Both the position numbers and the translations under genes were made by a program. A model generated the notes under the pieces. That model did not search any database. It worked only from the letters and a program-made list of their open reading frames with translations, and was not told the origin of the DNA. From assembly GCF_963921235.1 (NCBI RefSeq), contig NC_086109.1:26600001-26664000 (forward strand): a stretch of 64,000 nucleotides of DNA, in the 5' to 3' direction. The stretch's first letter is position 1, and each line of letters begins with the position of its first letter. Below, in pieces: positions 22,259-35,851 of this stretch. Source of the DNA: Mobula hypostoma (lineage: Eukaryota).

Positions 22259-23937
22259 CATAGTCATAGTCATAGTCGTAGTCATAGTCATACTTTATTG
22301 ATCCCGGGGGAAATTGGTTTTCGTTACAGTTGCATCATAAATAATAAATAGTAATAGAAACATAAATAGTTAAATAGTAATATGTAAATTATGCCAGTAA
22401 ATCATGAAATAAGTCCAGGACAGCCTATCGGCTCAGGGTGTCTGACCCTCCAAGGGAGGAGTTGTAAAGTTTGATGGCCACAGGCAGGAATGACTTCCTA
22501 TGACGCTCAGTGCTGCATCTCGGTGGAATGAGTCTCTGGCTGAATGTACTCCTGTGCCCACCCAGTACATTATGTAGTGGATGGGAGACATTGACCAAGA
22601 TGGCATGCAACTTAGACAGCATCCTCTTTTCAGACACCACCGTGAGAGAGTCCAGTTCCATCCCCACAGCATCACTGGCCTTACGAATGAGTTTGTTGAT
22701 TCTTTTGGTGTCTGCTACCCTCAGTCTGCTGCCCCAGCACACAACAGCAACCATGATAGCACTGGCCACCAAAGACTCGTAGAACATCCTCAGCATCGTC
22801 TGGCAGATGTTAAAGGACCTCAGTCTCCTCAGGAAATAGAGGCGGCTCTGACCCTTCTTGTAGACAGCCTCAGTGTTTTTTCACCAGGCCAGTTTATTGT
22901 CAATTCGTATCCCCAGGTATTTGTAATCCTCCACCATGTCCACACTGACCCCCTGGATGGAAACAGGGGTCACCGGTACCTTAGCTCTCCTCAGGTCTAC
23001 CACCAGCTCCTTAGTCTTTTTCACATTAAGTTGCAGATAATTCTGTTCACACCATGTGACAAAGTTTCCTACCGTAGCCCTGTACTCAGCCTCATCTCCC
23101 TTGCTGATGCATCCAACTATGGCAGAGTCATCCAAAAACTTCTGAAGATGACAAGACTCTGTGCAGTAGTTGAAGTCCGAGGTGTAAATGGTGAAGAGAA
23201 AGGGAGACAAGACAGTCCCTTGTGGAGCCCCAGTGCTGCTGATCACTCTGTCGGACACACAGTGTTGCAAGCACACGTACTGTGGTCTGCCAGTCAGGTA
23301 ATCAAGAATCCATGACACCAGGGAAGCATCCACCTGCATCGCTGTCAGCTTCTCCCCCAGCAGAGCAGGGTGGATGGTGTTGAACGCACTGGAGAAGTAA
23401 AAAACATGACCCTCACAGTGCTCGCTGGCTTGTCCAGGTGGGCGTAGACACGGTTCAGCAGGAAGACGATGGCATCCTCAACTCCTAGTTGGGGCTGGTA
23501 GGCGAACTGGAGGGGATCTTAAGTGTGGCCTGACCATAGGCCGGAGCAGCTCCAGAACAAGTCTCTCCAGGATCTTCATGATGTGGGAGGTCAATGCCAC
23601 CGGTCTGTAGTCATTGAGGCCGCTGGAGCGCGGCATCTTCGGCACAGGGACCCTCTGGAGCCTCAGGCTCATGTTGAATACATGGCGAAGTACTCCACAT
23701 AGCTGAGGGGCACAGGCTTTGAGCACCCTGGTACTGACACCATCTGGTCCTGCAGCCTTGCTTGGGTTGAGATGTTTCAGCTGTCTTCACACCTGTTCAG
23801 CTGTGAAGCCCACCGTGGTGGTTTCGTGTGGTGAAGAGGTATAGTCATAAGAGCAGGGTGGGGGACTGTAGGAGGGGAGAGTGGAATATGTGTTGGTTGG
23901 GGGCCGACAGCAGATGGCTCATGTGTGGGATGGGCCA
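22259..23937 (-). mobile_element. Rex1/Babar-clade LINE, 5'-truncated, RT region disrupted
   Basis: Minus ORFs LKACAPQLCGVL...LNDYRPVALTSHIMK, SWILDYLTGRPQYV...GAPQGTVLSPFLFTIYTSD...LQKFLDDSAIVG...LNVKKTKELVVD, and C-terminal ...HPLH...RSTFSQRL...SFLPVAIKLYN. 3' tail (catagt)n at 22259-22292. Sits between two pieces of an older CR1 (21945-22096, 23937-23990). Confidence 0.9.
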
Positions 23938-24118
23938 TCCTCTCCAAATCTTTCGCATTCTTCCTGTAATGTGGCGACCAGAACTACCTATAGTGCAGCA
24001 GTAACTTCACTTTAAGAAAGTATTGGTTGCAAATTGCTCTGAAATATCCTTGGATCAGGAAAAGGGGCAATAAGGAGCACCAACAAAGTCTTATTTATTT
24101 TAGTAAATGGGTGAGGAG

Positions 24119-24430
24119 GGTGGCACGTTGGGTAGTGTAATGGATAGCACGTTGCTTTATAGTGCCATTGATCACCAATCTGGGTTCAATTCCAATTGCT
24201 GTCTGTAAAGGGTCTGTACGTTTTTCTCCGTGGCTACATGGGTTTCCTCCAGATACTCTGGTTTCCTCCCACATTCCAAAATGTATAGGTTAGGATTCGT
24301 ATATTGTGGGAATTACTATGTTGGCGCCTGAAGTGTAGTGACATTGGCGGCAGCCAAGCTCAATCCTCACTGATTTGATGCAAGTAACACATTTCACTGT
24401 ATGTTTGACAAATTACACTGATATTTTTAA
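24119..24430 (+). mobile_element. tRNA-derived V-SINE
   Basis: A-box-like gtagtgtaatgg, B-box gggttcaattcc (24182-24193), V-domain tgggtttcctccagatactctggtttcctcccacattccaaa. Confidence 0.8.
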
Positions 24431-25289
24431 ATCTCTTAATCTTGAAATTAATATTCTTTTCCATTTCTGATTAAGTGTAAGTTCAAAAACATTAGGAAAA
24501 ATGGATAATATCAGCAGTTTGCACAGGAACAGAGCTAACAGTGAGTGAATATTGCATTGACATTTAAATTGTATACTGTACTCTGCAGAATTTCTAACAA
24601 TGTTTAAAAATTTTCAAAGTCACATTTAGGAATTTCAATTCATATGCAAATTCTGATAATACTGACAACTCAGGAAATACTAAGACTGGCATTTGCAAAT
24701 ACTCACAGCTAATTTAACCAGGAGTTAAAACTAGTGGCAGTATTCATGCAAAGGTGTGAATTTTCTATCCTCGTTTAGTTGGGGAGAACAGTGATTGGTG
24801 ATGGTAATGTCAGAGTTGTGATCCAGATATTTCTTTTCCCACTTTTGCACCGCCACAGTTTAACGCTGAATAATTGCCACATCGTGACTTTTTGTCCTCT
24901 GCATTTGAATGATAAAAGGTTTGTAGAGTTGGGTCAGCAGGGAAGAGAGGAGACTTGTCCGGAGATCGGGGCTGAAAACAAAGTGGCCCAGTGTGGTTTT
25001 AGCTGGGAAGTTGTTCATTGTGGTTTAAAGGAATGTTCTGCTTTAGAAAGAAAGTGCACCCTTCTCCAGTGTCTGGATGAATATTGGTTTTGGCAGAATT
25101 GGAGTGGCGAAGCCATGTTGCTAACAGCTTTGGAAGCTACCTCATTTACATTTCATGAATGCAGCTGACAGCAGACTTGCCACTGGTTGATTTTCTTGAT
25201 GTAACTGAGCCAACCTATCTGTAATGAACAGCAATATTCTCTCAAGGACAACATCTCAGAATAGGGTATATTATCACTAACATTTCAAT

Positions 25290-25590
25290 AAACTATAGGT
25301 GCAGGCATAGGCCATTCAGCCCTTTGAGCCAGCACCACCATTCTCTGTGATCATGGCTGATCATCCACAATCAGTACCCTTTTCCTGCCTTCTCCCCATA
25401 TCCCTTCACTCCGCTATCTTTAAGAGTTCTATCTAACTCTTTCTTGAAAGAATCCAGAGAATTGGCCTCCACTGCCTTCTGAGGCAGAGCATTCCACAGA
25501 ACCACAACCCTCTGTGTGAAAAAGTTTTTCCTCAACTCCATTCTAAATTGCCCACCCCTTATTGTAAACTGTGGCCTCTGGTTCTGGACA
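25290..25590 (-). mobile_element. CR1 LINE 3' fragment
   Basis: ggccattcagccctttgagcc...ggcagagcattccacaga...aaaaagtttttcctca, reverse complement of a CR1 3' end. Confidence 0.7.
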
Positions 25591-26046
25591 AATTTGAAAT
25601 TTCACGAAATTTGTAGTCTTATGACAGAGGTACACTGCAATATGTAAACTATACTATAAATTGTAATAAAACAGATATTAAAAATAAATAACTTATATGA
25701 AAATGGTGAGGTAGTGTTCAATGGTTCATTGTCCATTCAGAAAGCTGATGGCGGAGGGGAAGAAGCTGTTTCTAAAATGTTGAGTGTGTGTTTTCAGGCT
25801 CCTGTACCTCCTCTCTGATTGTAGTAATGAGGGCAGGGAGAATTATTGCTAACTATTGCAGTGGTGTAGGCTTATGTGAGAAGAGGGCATGTTCTGGGTG
25901 GTGGGACTCCATGAAGGATGTCTATGTTGCCTATTCCTAGAAGGTGAGTCTTGCGTGGGCAGCCAGCAATCAGCCGAAATTCGCCAGATTTACTGGGACT
26001 GGAACCAACAAGAACACCAGCCCAAATAAGTCCTGTTCCAGACACA

Positions 26047-26250
26047 AACTCAAGAGATTCTGCAGATGCTGGAAGTCTAGAGCAAAATGCTTACGGAACT
26101 CAGCATGTCAGGTTTTACCTATGGAAGGGAATAAACGGTTGTTGTTTTGGACCAAGATTAATGAAGTGGTCTCAGGCCAAAATGCTGGCTGCTTATTCCC
26201 CTTCATAGACGTTGCCTGATTTGCTGAGTTTCTCGAGCATTTGTGTGTAT
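26047..26250. mobile_element. Fold-back Penelope-like terminal repeat (degenerate)
   Basis: Inverted arms; TSD tgttccagacaca (26034-26046) / tgttcaagacaca (26251-26263). Confidence 0.7.
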
Positions 26251-28347
26251 TGTTCAAGACACAGTTCCGTTTCTGATTCCAAACTGTCAGTCTACCTGTG
26301 CTCCCATAACTTAAGAAATGCCAATTCTAGGCCATTTGGCCTCTGATGCCTGCTCTGACATTCTATAAATTGAAGGCAGGTCCTTTTGCATCCCAATACC
26401 AATTTTCCTTTGATCCCCTCCATGTCTTAAACTCCGTTTTAGTTACAAATGTACCCAACAGCTGAGTGTCCACAGCCTCTGAGGTGGAGAATTGCATAAA
26501 AGAAGTTTCTCTTCAACTCGACTCTAAATATGTGACCTTTTGTACTGCCAAAATACCTAGAATACCTAAGACTTTTGCACAATACTGTAGAAATTTTGTG
26601 TATTGCACTGCGCTGCTGCTGCTGCTGCAAAAAAAATTCATGACGTGTGAGTGATGATAAACCTGATTCTGATGTGGGTCTCTGACTGGGAAGGGGGCAG
26701 GGAGAGGGGAATCATGGTTAGGAAAAGAGGAAGGGAGAGGGGAGGGAGCGGGAAGCACCAGGGAGACATTCTGTAACCAATTGTTTGGAATGAAATGACC
26801 TTGTGTGATGTCTCAGGGCTGGGTGTGTGCGCACCCGCACCACCCCCACCCCCTGGCCTTGGCACTCCTGTGCCACATGTTCCACACCCCTCCCACGATG
26901 CTCCACCCTCACCATTCCCATCATCCTTTGCTCCTACCAGAGTTACAAACTTGCTTTCTGCTCAACGTTGACAAATACAGGACTTTTGCACAGTCCTGTT
27001 AGTCCACCTCTAGAATAGAAATCTCTCTCAGGGTCTTGCACATCTTGCTCACATTGCACGTTCTTCACCCTTCTGCACCTCAGTGCATCTTCAGTTGCAA
27101 ATGTACATGTGCCCCTGTTGCGCAATTTACTCACGTGCTCTCTTTCCTGGACTTCTATTTGTAAATGTTAGCAGAACTCTGCAGTTCCTTTCATGTCCTG
27201 CACACACTTGCCCTTGCCTACCTGTAGATGTCCTCTAATGTCCCAAATACAAATGGGCTATCATGTTAAAATTCACCCCATGATCCCTCTGGTCTTGAAC
27301 TATCTCTGATAGTATTCTAAACAAACACCACTAACTCAGTCACTCTATGAAACGCTTCAGTAGTCATTGTAACTTCTGACCCTGTTATAATATTGGATGG
27401 ACTGCTGTTTTACTTACTGAATTCAAAGCACAAAGTACATTCACTATCAAAGCATGTATATAGTTTACAAACTTGAGATTCTTCATTTCATAGGTAGCCA
27501 CAACACAAAGAAACAGAATAGAACACGTTTAAAGAAAAAGCTCAAACAGCATAACCATCAAACACCATCAACTATTCTTTTTTTTAAAAAAAGAACAAAC
27601 TGTGCAAACAATAAGAAGTAAATAAATAACATTAACCGCAAGAGTCGCTGAAAATCACGGAGCTAGCTGAAGTGAGTGAAGCCGATCCAGGAGCCCGATG
27701 GCTGTAGATCATAGCCATGGAATCAGTTCCGCGCTGTGCTGATGGTCTCAGGCCGCAGCTGCGGAGTCAGTTCATTGCTGAAGCGCCTTGATCAAATCAC
27801 ACAAAAAAAAAGTAAACGAAAACACAAGGAGCATGAGGCGCAGAGTCCCAGAAAGTGAGTCCACAGCCACAGAGTGCATTCAGTGCTGCAGTGAGTGAAG
27901 CCCGTCCGGTAGCCTGATGGATGCAGAGCAATAGCTGCTCCTGAACCAGCAGTATGAGACCCAAGACTCCTGCACCTTCTGCCCGCCAGCAATAGTGAAA
28001 AGAGGCTGTTCAAGCGCAGGCAGATGGCGGGGTATTGGATGATTCCCTGACTTTGGTGTTCATTCTCTCCTTTCCTCTTTGGCCTTTAGCCCTTGCCACA
28101 TCTTCACCTTCAACAAATAGAACACTGCTGAAGAAACTCAGCGAGTCAGGCAGCATCCAAAGGAGAAACGGACAGATGACATTTTGTGTCCCATACAGCA
28201 TCAGGAATGGACCTGAAACAGTAGTTGTCCGTTTTCCCCGACAGATACTACCAGAGTGGTAGAGATGCTGTGGCAGTTTGTTTTCTGCTTTTGTTGCCAG
28301 CACATACAGTCTCTTGTGTCTCCTTCGCCTTTCTCTTCTTTTGTATA

Positions 28348-28837
28348 CATGCATTGGTCACTTTATTAGGTGCTTCTGTACCTACTAAAAGTGGCCACTG
28401 AGTGTATGTTTGTGGTCTTCTGCTGCCGTTGTCCACTTTAAGGTTCGATGTTTTGTGTGTTCAGAGATGCTCTTCTGCATAACAATGTTGTAAGGCATGG
28501 TTATTAATTGAGTTAGTGTGCCTTCCTCTCAGCCTGAACTAGTCTGGCCATTCTCTCATTAACAAGGCATTTTCGCCTACAGAACTGCTGGTCACCGGAT
28601 ACTTTTAGTTTTTTTTTTGCACCATTCTCTTTCAACTCTAGGGCAGGAGTTCCCAATCTGGGGCCCCTGGCCCCCTCAGTTAATGGTAGGGGCCCATGGC
28701 ATGAAAAAAGGTTGGGAGCCCCTGCTCTGGAGACTATTATGCATGAAAGTCCCAGGAGGTCAGCAGTCTCTGAGAAACTCAAATCACCCTGTCTGGCACC
28801 AACAATCAGGTTCACCTAATAAAGTGGCCTCTGAGTG
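28348..28837 (-). mobile_element. Tc1-like transposon remnant (copy B)
   Basis: TIRs ...cactttattagg / cctaataaagtggcctctgagtg. Minus ORF 'IVGARQGDLSFSETADLLGLS...RKCLVNERMARLVQA' is a Tc1 paired-like HTH N-terminus. Confidence 0.8.
28644..28724. mobile_element. hAT mini-MITE nested in Tc1 copy B
   Basis: TIRs caggagttcccaa / ttgggagcccctg; TSD ctctaggg / ctctggag. Confidence 0.8.
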
Positions 28838-29319
28838 CATATCAAAGCCTGCTTGTAATCCCTTCAGCTTGAATATCCTTTACCTAGTTGTGTTTTGCAA
28901 CTAATGTAAATAAATTTTAATATATTTGTTTAAGGTTTTTTTTATCATTGATGGTGGATCTGAGAAATGATCTACAAAATTTCCACTCTATTTAACTGAC
29001 TATAAATTTGATCAGCATCACCTTGAGTTCAAATTTCAATACTCTATTGTCATCTTTCAGTACATGAGTGTAAAGGTGAACAAAATGATTGTTACTCCCT
29101 CTCTGATGCAGAATAAATGAAACACATCAGCGTAAAGAACACAATAAAAGAAAGAGAAAACACATTAAGTATAAATATCAAAGCAATTCTGTGGAACACA
29201 ATATAGAATTAACTGTTACATACATAGAATGATTGTATGTCCATAAAGTGACCCAAGGTGATGTGTATGTAGTGGTGGTGAAGATGGGGTCTCAGTGCTT
29301 GCAGGCATATGATATGTTA

Positions 29320-30515
29320 TAAAATGGTTTCCTTGGGGGGAAAATTTTTCCTGACAAATTTATTGGAATTCTTTGAGCACATAACAAGCAGGATAGACGA
29401 AGGAGAATCAGCGGATGTGTACTTGGATTTTCTGAAGTTCTTTAGCAAGGTGCTGCTACAGTAAAGAGACTAGCATGGATAGAGGATTGGCTGGCTGGCG
29501 GGAGGCAAAGAGTGGGAATAAAAGGAGTCTTTTATGGTTGGCTATTGGTGACTAGTAGTATACTTCAGGTATTGGCGTTGCGACTGCTTTTTAAGTTATT
29601 TGCCAGTGATTTGGATGACAGAATTGACGGTTATGTGGCCAAATTTGTGGACAATACAAAGATAGGTGGAGGGGTAGGTAGTGCTGAGGATGTAGGGACA
29701 TTGTGGAAAGACAGATTAAGAGAATGGGACAAGCAGTAGCAGAGGGAATATGGTGTTCGGAAGTGTATGGTCATGCACTTTGGTAGAAGGAACAAAAGTG
29801 TAAACTATTTGCTGAACGGGCAAGAAATTCAAAAATTTGAGATGCAAAAGGGACTTGCAGATTGAGTCGGTGGTGAGGAAAGCAAATGCACAGTTAGCAT
29901 TAATTTGGGGAGGACTATAGTATGAAAGCAAGGATTTAATGCTGAGGCTTTCTAAGTCACTGGTGAGGCCTCACTTGGAGTATTATGAGCAGTTTTGGGC
30001 CCCTTTATTTAAGGAAGGATGTGCTGACATTGGAGAGGGCTCACAGGAATGATGCCAGGAATGAAAGGTTTGTCATATGAAGAGCATTTGATGGCTCTGG
30101 GCCAATACTCAGTCGAATTTTGAAGAAAAAGTGGAGATTTCACTGAAACCTATTGAATATTGAAAGACTTAAATAGAGTGGATGTGGAGAGGATGTTTCC
30201 GATGGTAGGGGAGTCTAAGACCAGAGGGCTCAACCTCAGAACTGAGGGACATCTATCTAGAATGGACATCAGGAATTTCTTTAGTCAGAGTGTGGTGAAT
30301 CTATGAAATCATTGCCACAGGCTGCTGTGGAGGCCAGATGAATGGGTGTATTTAAGGTAGAGATTGATGGGTTCTTGATTATTTAGGGTATCAAAGGTTG
30401 TCAGGAGATAGCAGAAAAATCGGGTTGAGAGGGCAAATGGGCCAGCCATGTTAAAATGGCAGAGCAGACTTGATGGGCCAAATGGCCTAATTCTGCTCCT
30501 ATCTCTTATGGTCTA
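29320..30515 (+). mobile_element. CR1 LINE, decayed RT through 3' tail
   Basis: LTNLLEFFE, VYLDF.K, KFVDNTKIGG (FADDTK), KCMVMHFG, LVRPHLEY, tail aatggcctaattctgctcctatctcttatggtct. Confidence 0.85.
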
Positions 30516-30947
30516 AAACGTAGAGCTTAGGCCAATGATATTTGGGGATTACATCCAGAGTTTGGAATTTGAGAATTCTTTTCTTTTTGGGGGGTTGTTT
30601 TGGCATAAAAACCAAGGCCTGCATTTCTTGCCTATTCATAATCACTCCTGAGAAAACAGAAGTGAGCCAGATTTTGAATTGGTGGATTTCTTCTCCTAAG
30701 GTTGCCTCCACAATGTAGGGAGTTCTAGAATGAAGGAGCAGGTGATATATTTCTAGTCTGAGATTGTGTGTGACTTAGAGGGGAGATTTCAGGATGTGAT
30801 GTTTCCTTTACTTCTAATCCTTTCTTTTCCTGTGGTAGGCATCACAGGCATGGGAATTGCTGTCAGAACAGCAGTGGTGAATAACTACATTACATTTTGC
30901 TGATGGTACACCTTGTGGGCACAAGATATGCTGGTACTATGAATATA

Positions 30948-31468
30948 CACTTGGGTACAGAAGTGGAGCTCAGTGTAGTCTTCTGTTGCTGAAGCCCATC
31001 CATTTCAAGTTTGATATGATGTGCATTCAGAGATGCTCTTCTACACAGTGCCATTGTAACACATGGTCCTTTGAGTTATTGTCGCCGCCTTGTCAGCTTG
31101 AAGCAAACTGGCCATCCCCCTCCAACTTCTCTCAATAATAAGAAGTTTTTGCCCACAGAACTCCCACTCACTGTATATTTATTTATTTGTTTTTTTGTGC
31201 ACCATTCCCTGTAAACTCTAGTGCCATAAAATCCCAGGAGATTATCAGTTTCTGAGTTACTCAAACTACCCTGCCTGGCACCACCAATCATTCCATGGTC
31301 AAAGTCACTTAAATCTCATTTCTTCCCCATTCTGATGTTTGATCTGAATGGCAACTGAACCTTTTGACCTTGTCTACATGCTTTTATGCATTGAGTTGCT
31401 GCCACATAATTGGCTGATCAGATATTTGCTTTACGAGCAGGTGTGCCTAATAATGTGGCCAGTGAGTG
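30948..31468 (-). mobile_element. Tc1-like transposon remnant (copy C)
   Basis: Minus ORF 'MIGGARQGSLSNSETDNLLGF..TRVYREW'; right TIR cctaataatgtggccagtgagtg+TA. Confidence 0.75.
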
Positions 31469-32579
31469 TATACTTGGATGGATGGATACTTATCAAGCTG
31501 AATGATACGTTGTGAACTGTGGTGAGCTGCTTGAATGCTGCTGATGCTGCAGTTATCCAAGCTTGTGGAGAATACTCCGTCTGTTCCTGACTTTTGCTTT
31601 GTAGATGATGGAACTCAAAAGGTGGAGGCCTCACTACAGGATTTCCTACGCCTGACCTGGTCTTGTAGGTATATTGTTAGTGACTGGTCCAACCTAAAAC
31701 AATGATCCTCTGGTGAGATTCCAAACTTCATAATCTGTCAAAACTTTTATTGGGTGATTGGTAGCGCATGCTTTCTGATGTAACCATACTGTAGTGAAGC
31801 GAGACCACGGTTTGGTGACGCTGCTCACTTTGCTGGATTTTACATTGTACAGATAGAAGCTTGAAAATGGAGTAGTTGGGCTCTATAACTTGGAAAGGTG
31901 GGTTGCATCATGAAGTACTGACAGCAGGTTTCTGCAGTGGAAATATTTATGGCAGGTTGCTGGGGGAAATCACCAAAATCCAGTCTATATTGGTCATTAG
32001 GGACTGTAATGGCCTTCGGTTAAAATTTCTGATTTTTGTCTCCAATTTCTACAGGCGAGATTGTATAAACTGGTTTGGGAGTGTCTCTGTGAAAGAAAGA
32101 AACACCACTTTGTAAAAGAATGAGAAGGGGGAGATCTCATGGGTAAAATTACCTCCTGGTAGAGTAAATCTCAAAGGATGAAACATTCCCATGTTGATTT
32201 TCACTCAAAATAAATTTGCATTATTGACCTTTTTTTTTGCAACAATATAATTTTAATGCTTAGCACTATCGCTGCTACAAAGCAGCAAATTCCATGAGCT
32301 ATGTCAATGATTCTGAAATAATGAAGCTCATTTGTGGCTAGCGATAGAGCTCCTTAGCCTTCAGTGGACTAAAGAGAGGAGAAAATTGGCTAGTGAAGTT
32401 GTTCTTCAGAATTGCTTAGTGGTTTCAGTTGTAATCCATAGCGACAATCATAATAGTGGAGCTTTGTTGGGTGGTTAAAATTGTCTATTGTATATAGTAT
32501 TTTCATACTCCGCTTCAGTTTACAAATGGCAAGCTACTTGACTGAGGGAGCTCAGCAAAGGTCAATGAGTTAAGGAATA

Positions 32580-33025
32580 GGATGGTATGGAGGCTCCAGT
32601 GCACAGGATCGGGGAAAAAAATGTTGCAGAGAGTTGGAGACTCAGTCAGCTCCACGCGGGCACCAGCCTCCCCACTGTCGAGGACGTCTTCAGACCGTGG
32701 TGCCTCTAGAAGGTGGTGGCCATCATTAAGGATCCTCACAATCCAGAACGTACCATCTTCTCATTACCACCAACAGGGAGGAGGTACAGGACCTTGGAGA
32801 TGCACACTCAACAGTTTAGGAACAGCTTCTTCCCCCTCTGCTATGAGATTTTTGAATGGCCTATGAACACTATCTCACTAGTTTGCTCTTTTTTGTACTT
32901 TTTTTAAATGCAGTATACTTATTGTAACTTGTCATAATTTTTAAATGTGTGGCACTGTACTGTTGCTACAAAACAGCAAATGAACAGCATTATTCAGTGA
33001 TGACAAACCTAATTCTGGTTGTGAT
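32580..33025 (+). mobile_element. Rex1/Babar-like LINE 3' fragment
   Basis: IIKDPHNPER.IFSLPPTGRRYR......QFRNSFFP motif and family tail ...gacaaacctaattctg. Confidence 0.75.
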
Positions 33026-35149
33026 TTTTGAATAGGGAAAAGTTAAACTCCCACTGATGCTCTGCCTAAAGGGATGATGGAATGTCATTCAACAGAAACT
33101 TTCAAGATTGAAGTTTCTGTTTATAGTTACTATTCTATAGATTTCTCTAGTGTGCCCGCAAGAAAATGCATCCCATGGTTATATATCATGACACGTATGT
33201 ACTTTGATAATAAAATCTACTTTGAAATGCTTAAATATGAATTTACAGAATTGAGTGAATGTGCAGGGCTGTTAAGACTAATGGGGTAGCTCTTCCAAAG
33301 ACCCTGCAAAGGTGTGATTGGCCTCATTCTAATGTCTATGTTCCAGCAAAAAAAGCAACAACATGCAATGCGAGAAACATCTAATCATTCCTCAGAATTG
33401 CAACATTAGCTGTTTTCATAGACGCTGCCTGACTGGCTGAGTATTTCCAGCACTTTCTGATTTGATTCCAAAAATGTTATTTGCTGCTTCGTTGATTCCT
33501 AAAATTGACAAAGTTTTATGTATGTGTTTAAAGAGAAATTAAAAATTGAATTTTTAAGAGTTGAATTTATTTCATCAGCCCCTTGCTGTGATGGTGACAG
33601 CTAGTTTTCTCAGTGACAACTAGTCTCTCTTAGTCCAGTGGTTGAAGAAGGAAACAATACAGCCAGTGTGATTGTCCTGGTTGCTCTACAACAAGGAGCA
33701 ACAAAGTGATTCTTCCCCAGAGGAGGCCTTTTATTGAGGGAAGTTTTCTGAATCTAATTTGTGCAAATGTCTGTTTTGCCGCTCTGTCATGACATTTCAA
33801 AGCAATTATCCAAAGTCTGCGAGTGAATGAAAATGGGTCATTGATATGCAGCAGCTTTTGAAACAAAAATGTGAAAGAATAAGGAGAGGAAACTCTGGCC
33901 TGAAATTCAACTGCTTGCTTTGTTCTAGAAATGTTTTAAGTTCTTTACAATCATGGGGGTCAGGCCTAAGTTGCCAGAAAATTGGTAAGCATCTGCTATG
34001 CAAAGCATAGATAAATTGTGACCTATTGGCTGGTTGCTAAGCATTGCATAAAAGCATTAAGGAAAGAAATCCCAAATGCAGTAACGAAAAGTTTATAAAC
34101 TTGCTATATAAAGTGTTACTGAAACAGTAGTACTTGGATGTGTTGTCATCTAGGTCATGAAATTGTTTTATAATTTGTCAAGATCTCAGTCCCAAGAATC
34201 ATACCTAACTTCAAAATTTCTGGCAAATATGATGCTTTTTTTTGTGGCATCCTCTCAGTGAAGGTTTAAGACTCATGATTCCTAAAATGCGTTAAACAGT
34301 AATGAGCAGAAAACTGTCACATTTATGTATCCCCATCCCCCATCCCTCTCCCACCCTATTATAGTATTCCGTTACATAAGAATTGGATCTTTACAACAAA
34401 GACCTTTTCTCTGCTAACTCCCAGTTGTGGAGCTGGCTGACAAAGTCAGGTAGTATGATCACGAGCGATGTGGCCAGAGAATTTAAAGAAAGCAATATCC
34501 AAACCTGCATTGAATAACATTTAACACTACACTTGTCTGGAAGATAATGCTGCAAACGCATCCATGCATGTGCAAGATCTGTAAACACTCTGTCATCAAA
34601 ATTTTTTTTAATTCAGACCTATTTTTTGATCAAATTAATTTGCATAGAGTACAAAACTTTTGCACAAAACTCACCTTGTTCTGAGATTTTGGAATGAGAA
34701 TTTTTAGCTGATCTAATTACCACTGTTAGATGGTTTCTTATCTCAGTAGCAAATCTGTAGACAATTGGGGTAGAATAAAAATGCTTGTGAGGTTTAGGTG
34801 TATCTGTGGGGTCACCTTGTTCACAAATAAAGACAGAAAATTGGACTGGTTAGATTGCGGATCTGTGGGGAAAAATAAACCCTGTGATTAAGTCTTGAGA
34901 ATTTAAAAGCAAGAAAGCATGGTATTTTACCACAGAACTAGCAGGAATTCGGCAATGTAAATGGAGTCTATTGAATCTAATGGTACTGATCTGGGGTGGG
35001 TCATCATTTAGCGATAGAAACGGAGATTGTTGACGTGTAATTTGGATTCTGGATGCAAAATCAGCGTTAAAATCTGATAAGTGAACTGGATCGTCTGAGT
35101 GATTCTGGCAACTTTTCTTTGAGTTTGCTGCCAACAGCACTAATCTTCT

Positions 35150-35765
35150 ATTTGGGCGCCAGTGGTATGAGCACTACTGAGGCCCGCCACTTGCTGGGTT
35201 TGACAATAGATGTTGCATCCTCGCTAGCTCTGCCAGTCGATATGCAAGCCAGGGCTCTTTGATATGGAGAGCAAGCTATTGCTCATGCAGCAGGCTGATC
35301 TCTCCATGTAGCTGATGAAGACGAAGGGATGGCAGAGGTGCATATAATTTGGCACCAGCGGCATTGCAGGAGTTCCCAGTCAGCTGTGAGCTCAACTTTA
35401 GAGTCTCCTTAGAACTGTGCCTTAGAGACTCCAACTCCAGATTTTCCCTTGGGATTTACTCCCAAAGTTGTCTCCATAAGTGGGTTTATCCGCAAAGCAG
35501 TGGAGGTTTGAGATCAGAATTTTCCTCCTTCTAGCTGAGCTTCCAACCACAGCTGACAAGCAACTGGTTTTAAAAGTCCAGTAATCCACCTTTGCCCCTT
35601 CTCCGGTCAGTAAAAACAGTTCCATCAGGCTTAGTAACTAAGCCAGCTGTGAAGGCTAGGAGCTGGACTTGGTTGTCAGAGTCTATTTGAAACACACACC
35701 CTTTCCCTTGGGATGATTTAATAGGTAGTGGGAACCTTTCCCTACCACGCGAACCCCCTACCCTG
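35150..35765 (-). repeat. Interspersed repeat, possibly RTE-type 5' UTR derivative
   Basis: GC-richer block resembling a repeat family I associate with ray genomes; no diagnostic ORF. Confidence 0.4.
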
Positions 35766-35851
35766 GTTATGACAAGCTTAAGGAGCCAAACACTACTAAA
35801 TTCCAAATAAATGCAGCTTACGTTGGCATGTGTCAGAACTAATATAATAAG

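Noticed and set aside
22581..23315. 244-aa plus-strand ORF
   Set aside because: It is the antisense shadow of the Rex1/Babar RT on the minus strand.
24119..24200. tRNA genes at A/B-box sites (also 49193, 54685, 58009, 60378)
   Set aside because: No cloverleaf; they continue into SINE bodies, so they are SINE heads.
32030..32125. Polypyrimidine + CAG acceptor-like site
   Set aside because: All three frames stop within ~70 nt and no good donor precedes the stops.
35640..35765. HDV-like ribozyme at the 5' end of the putative RTE-derived repeat
   Set aside because: One hairpin is visible, but I could not assign the nested double pseudoknot by eye; it needs a descriptor or covariance search.
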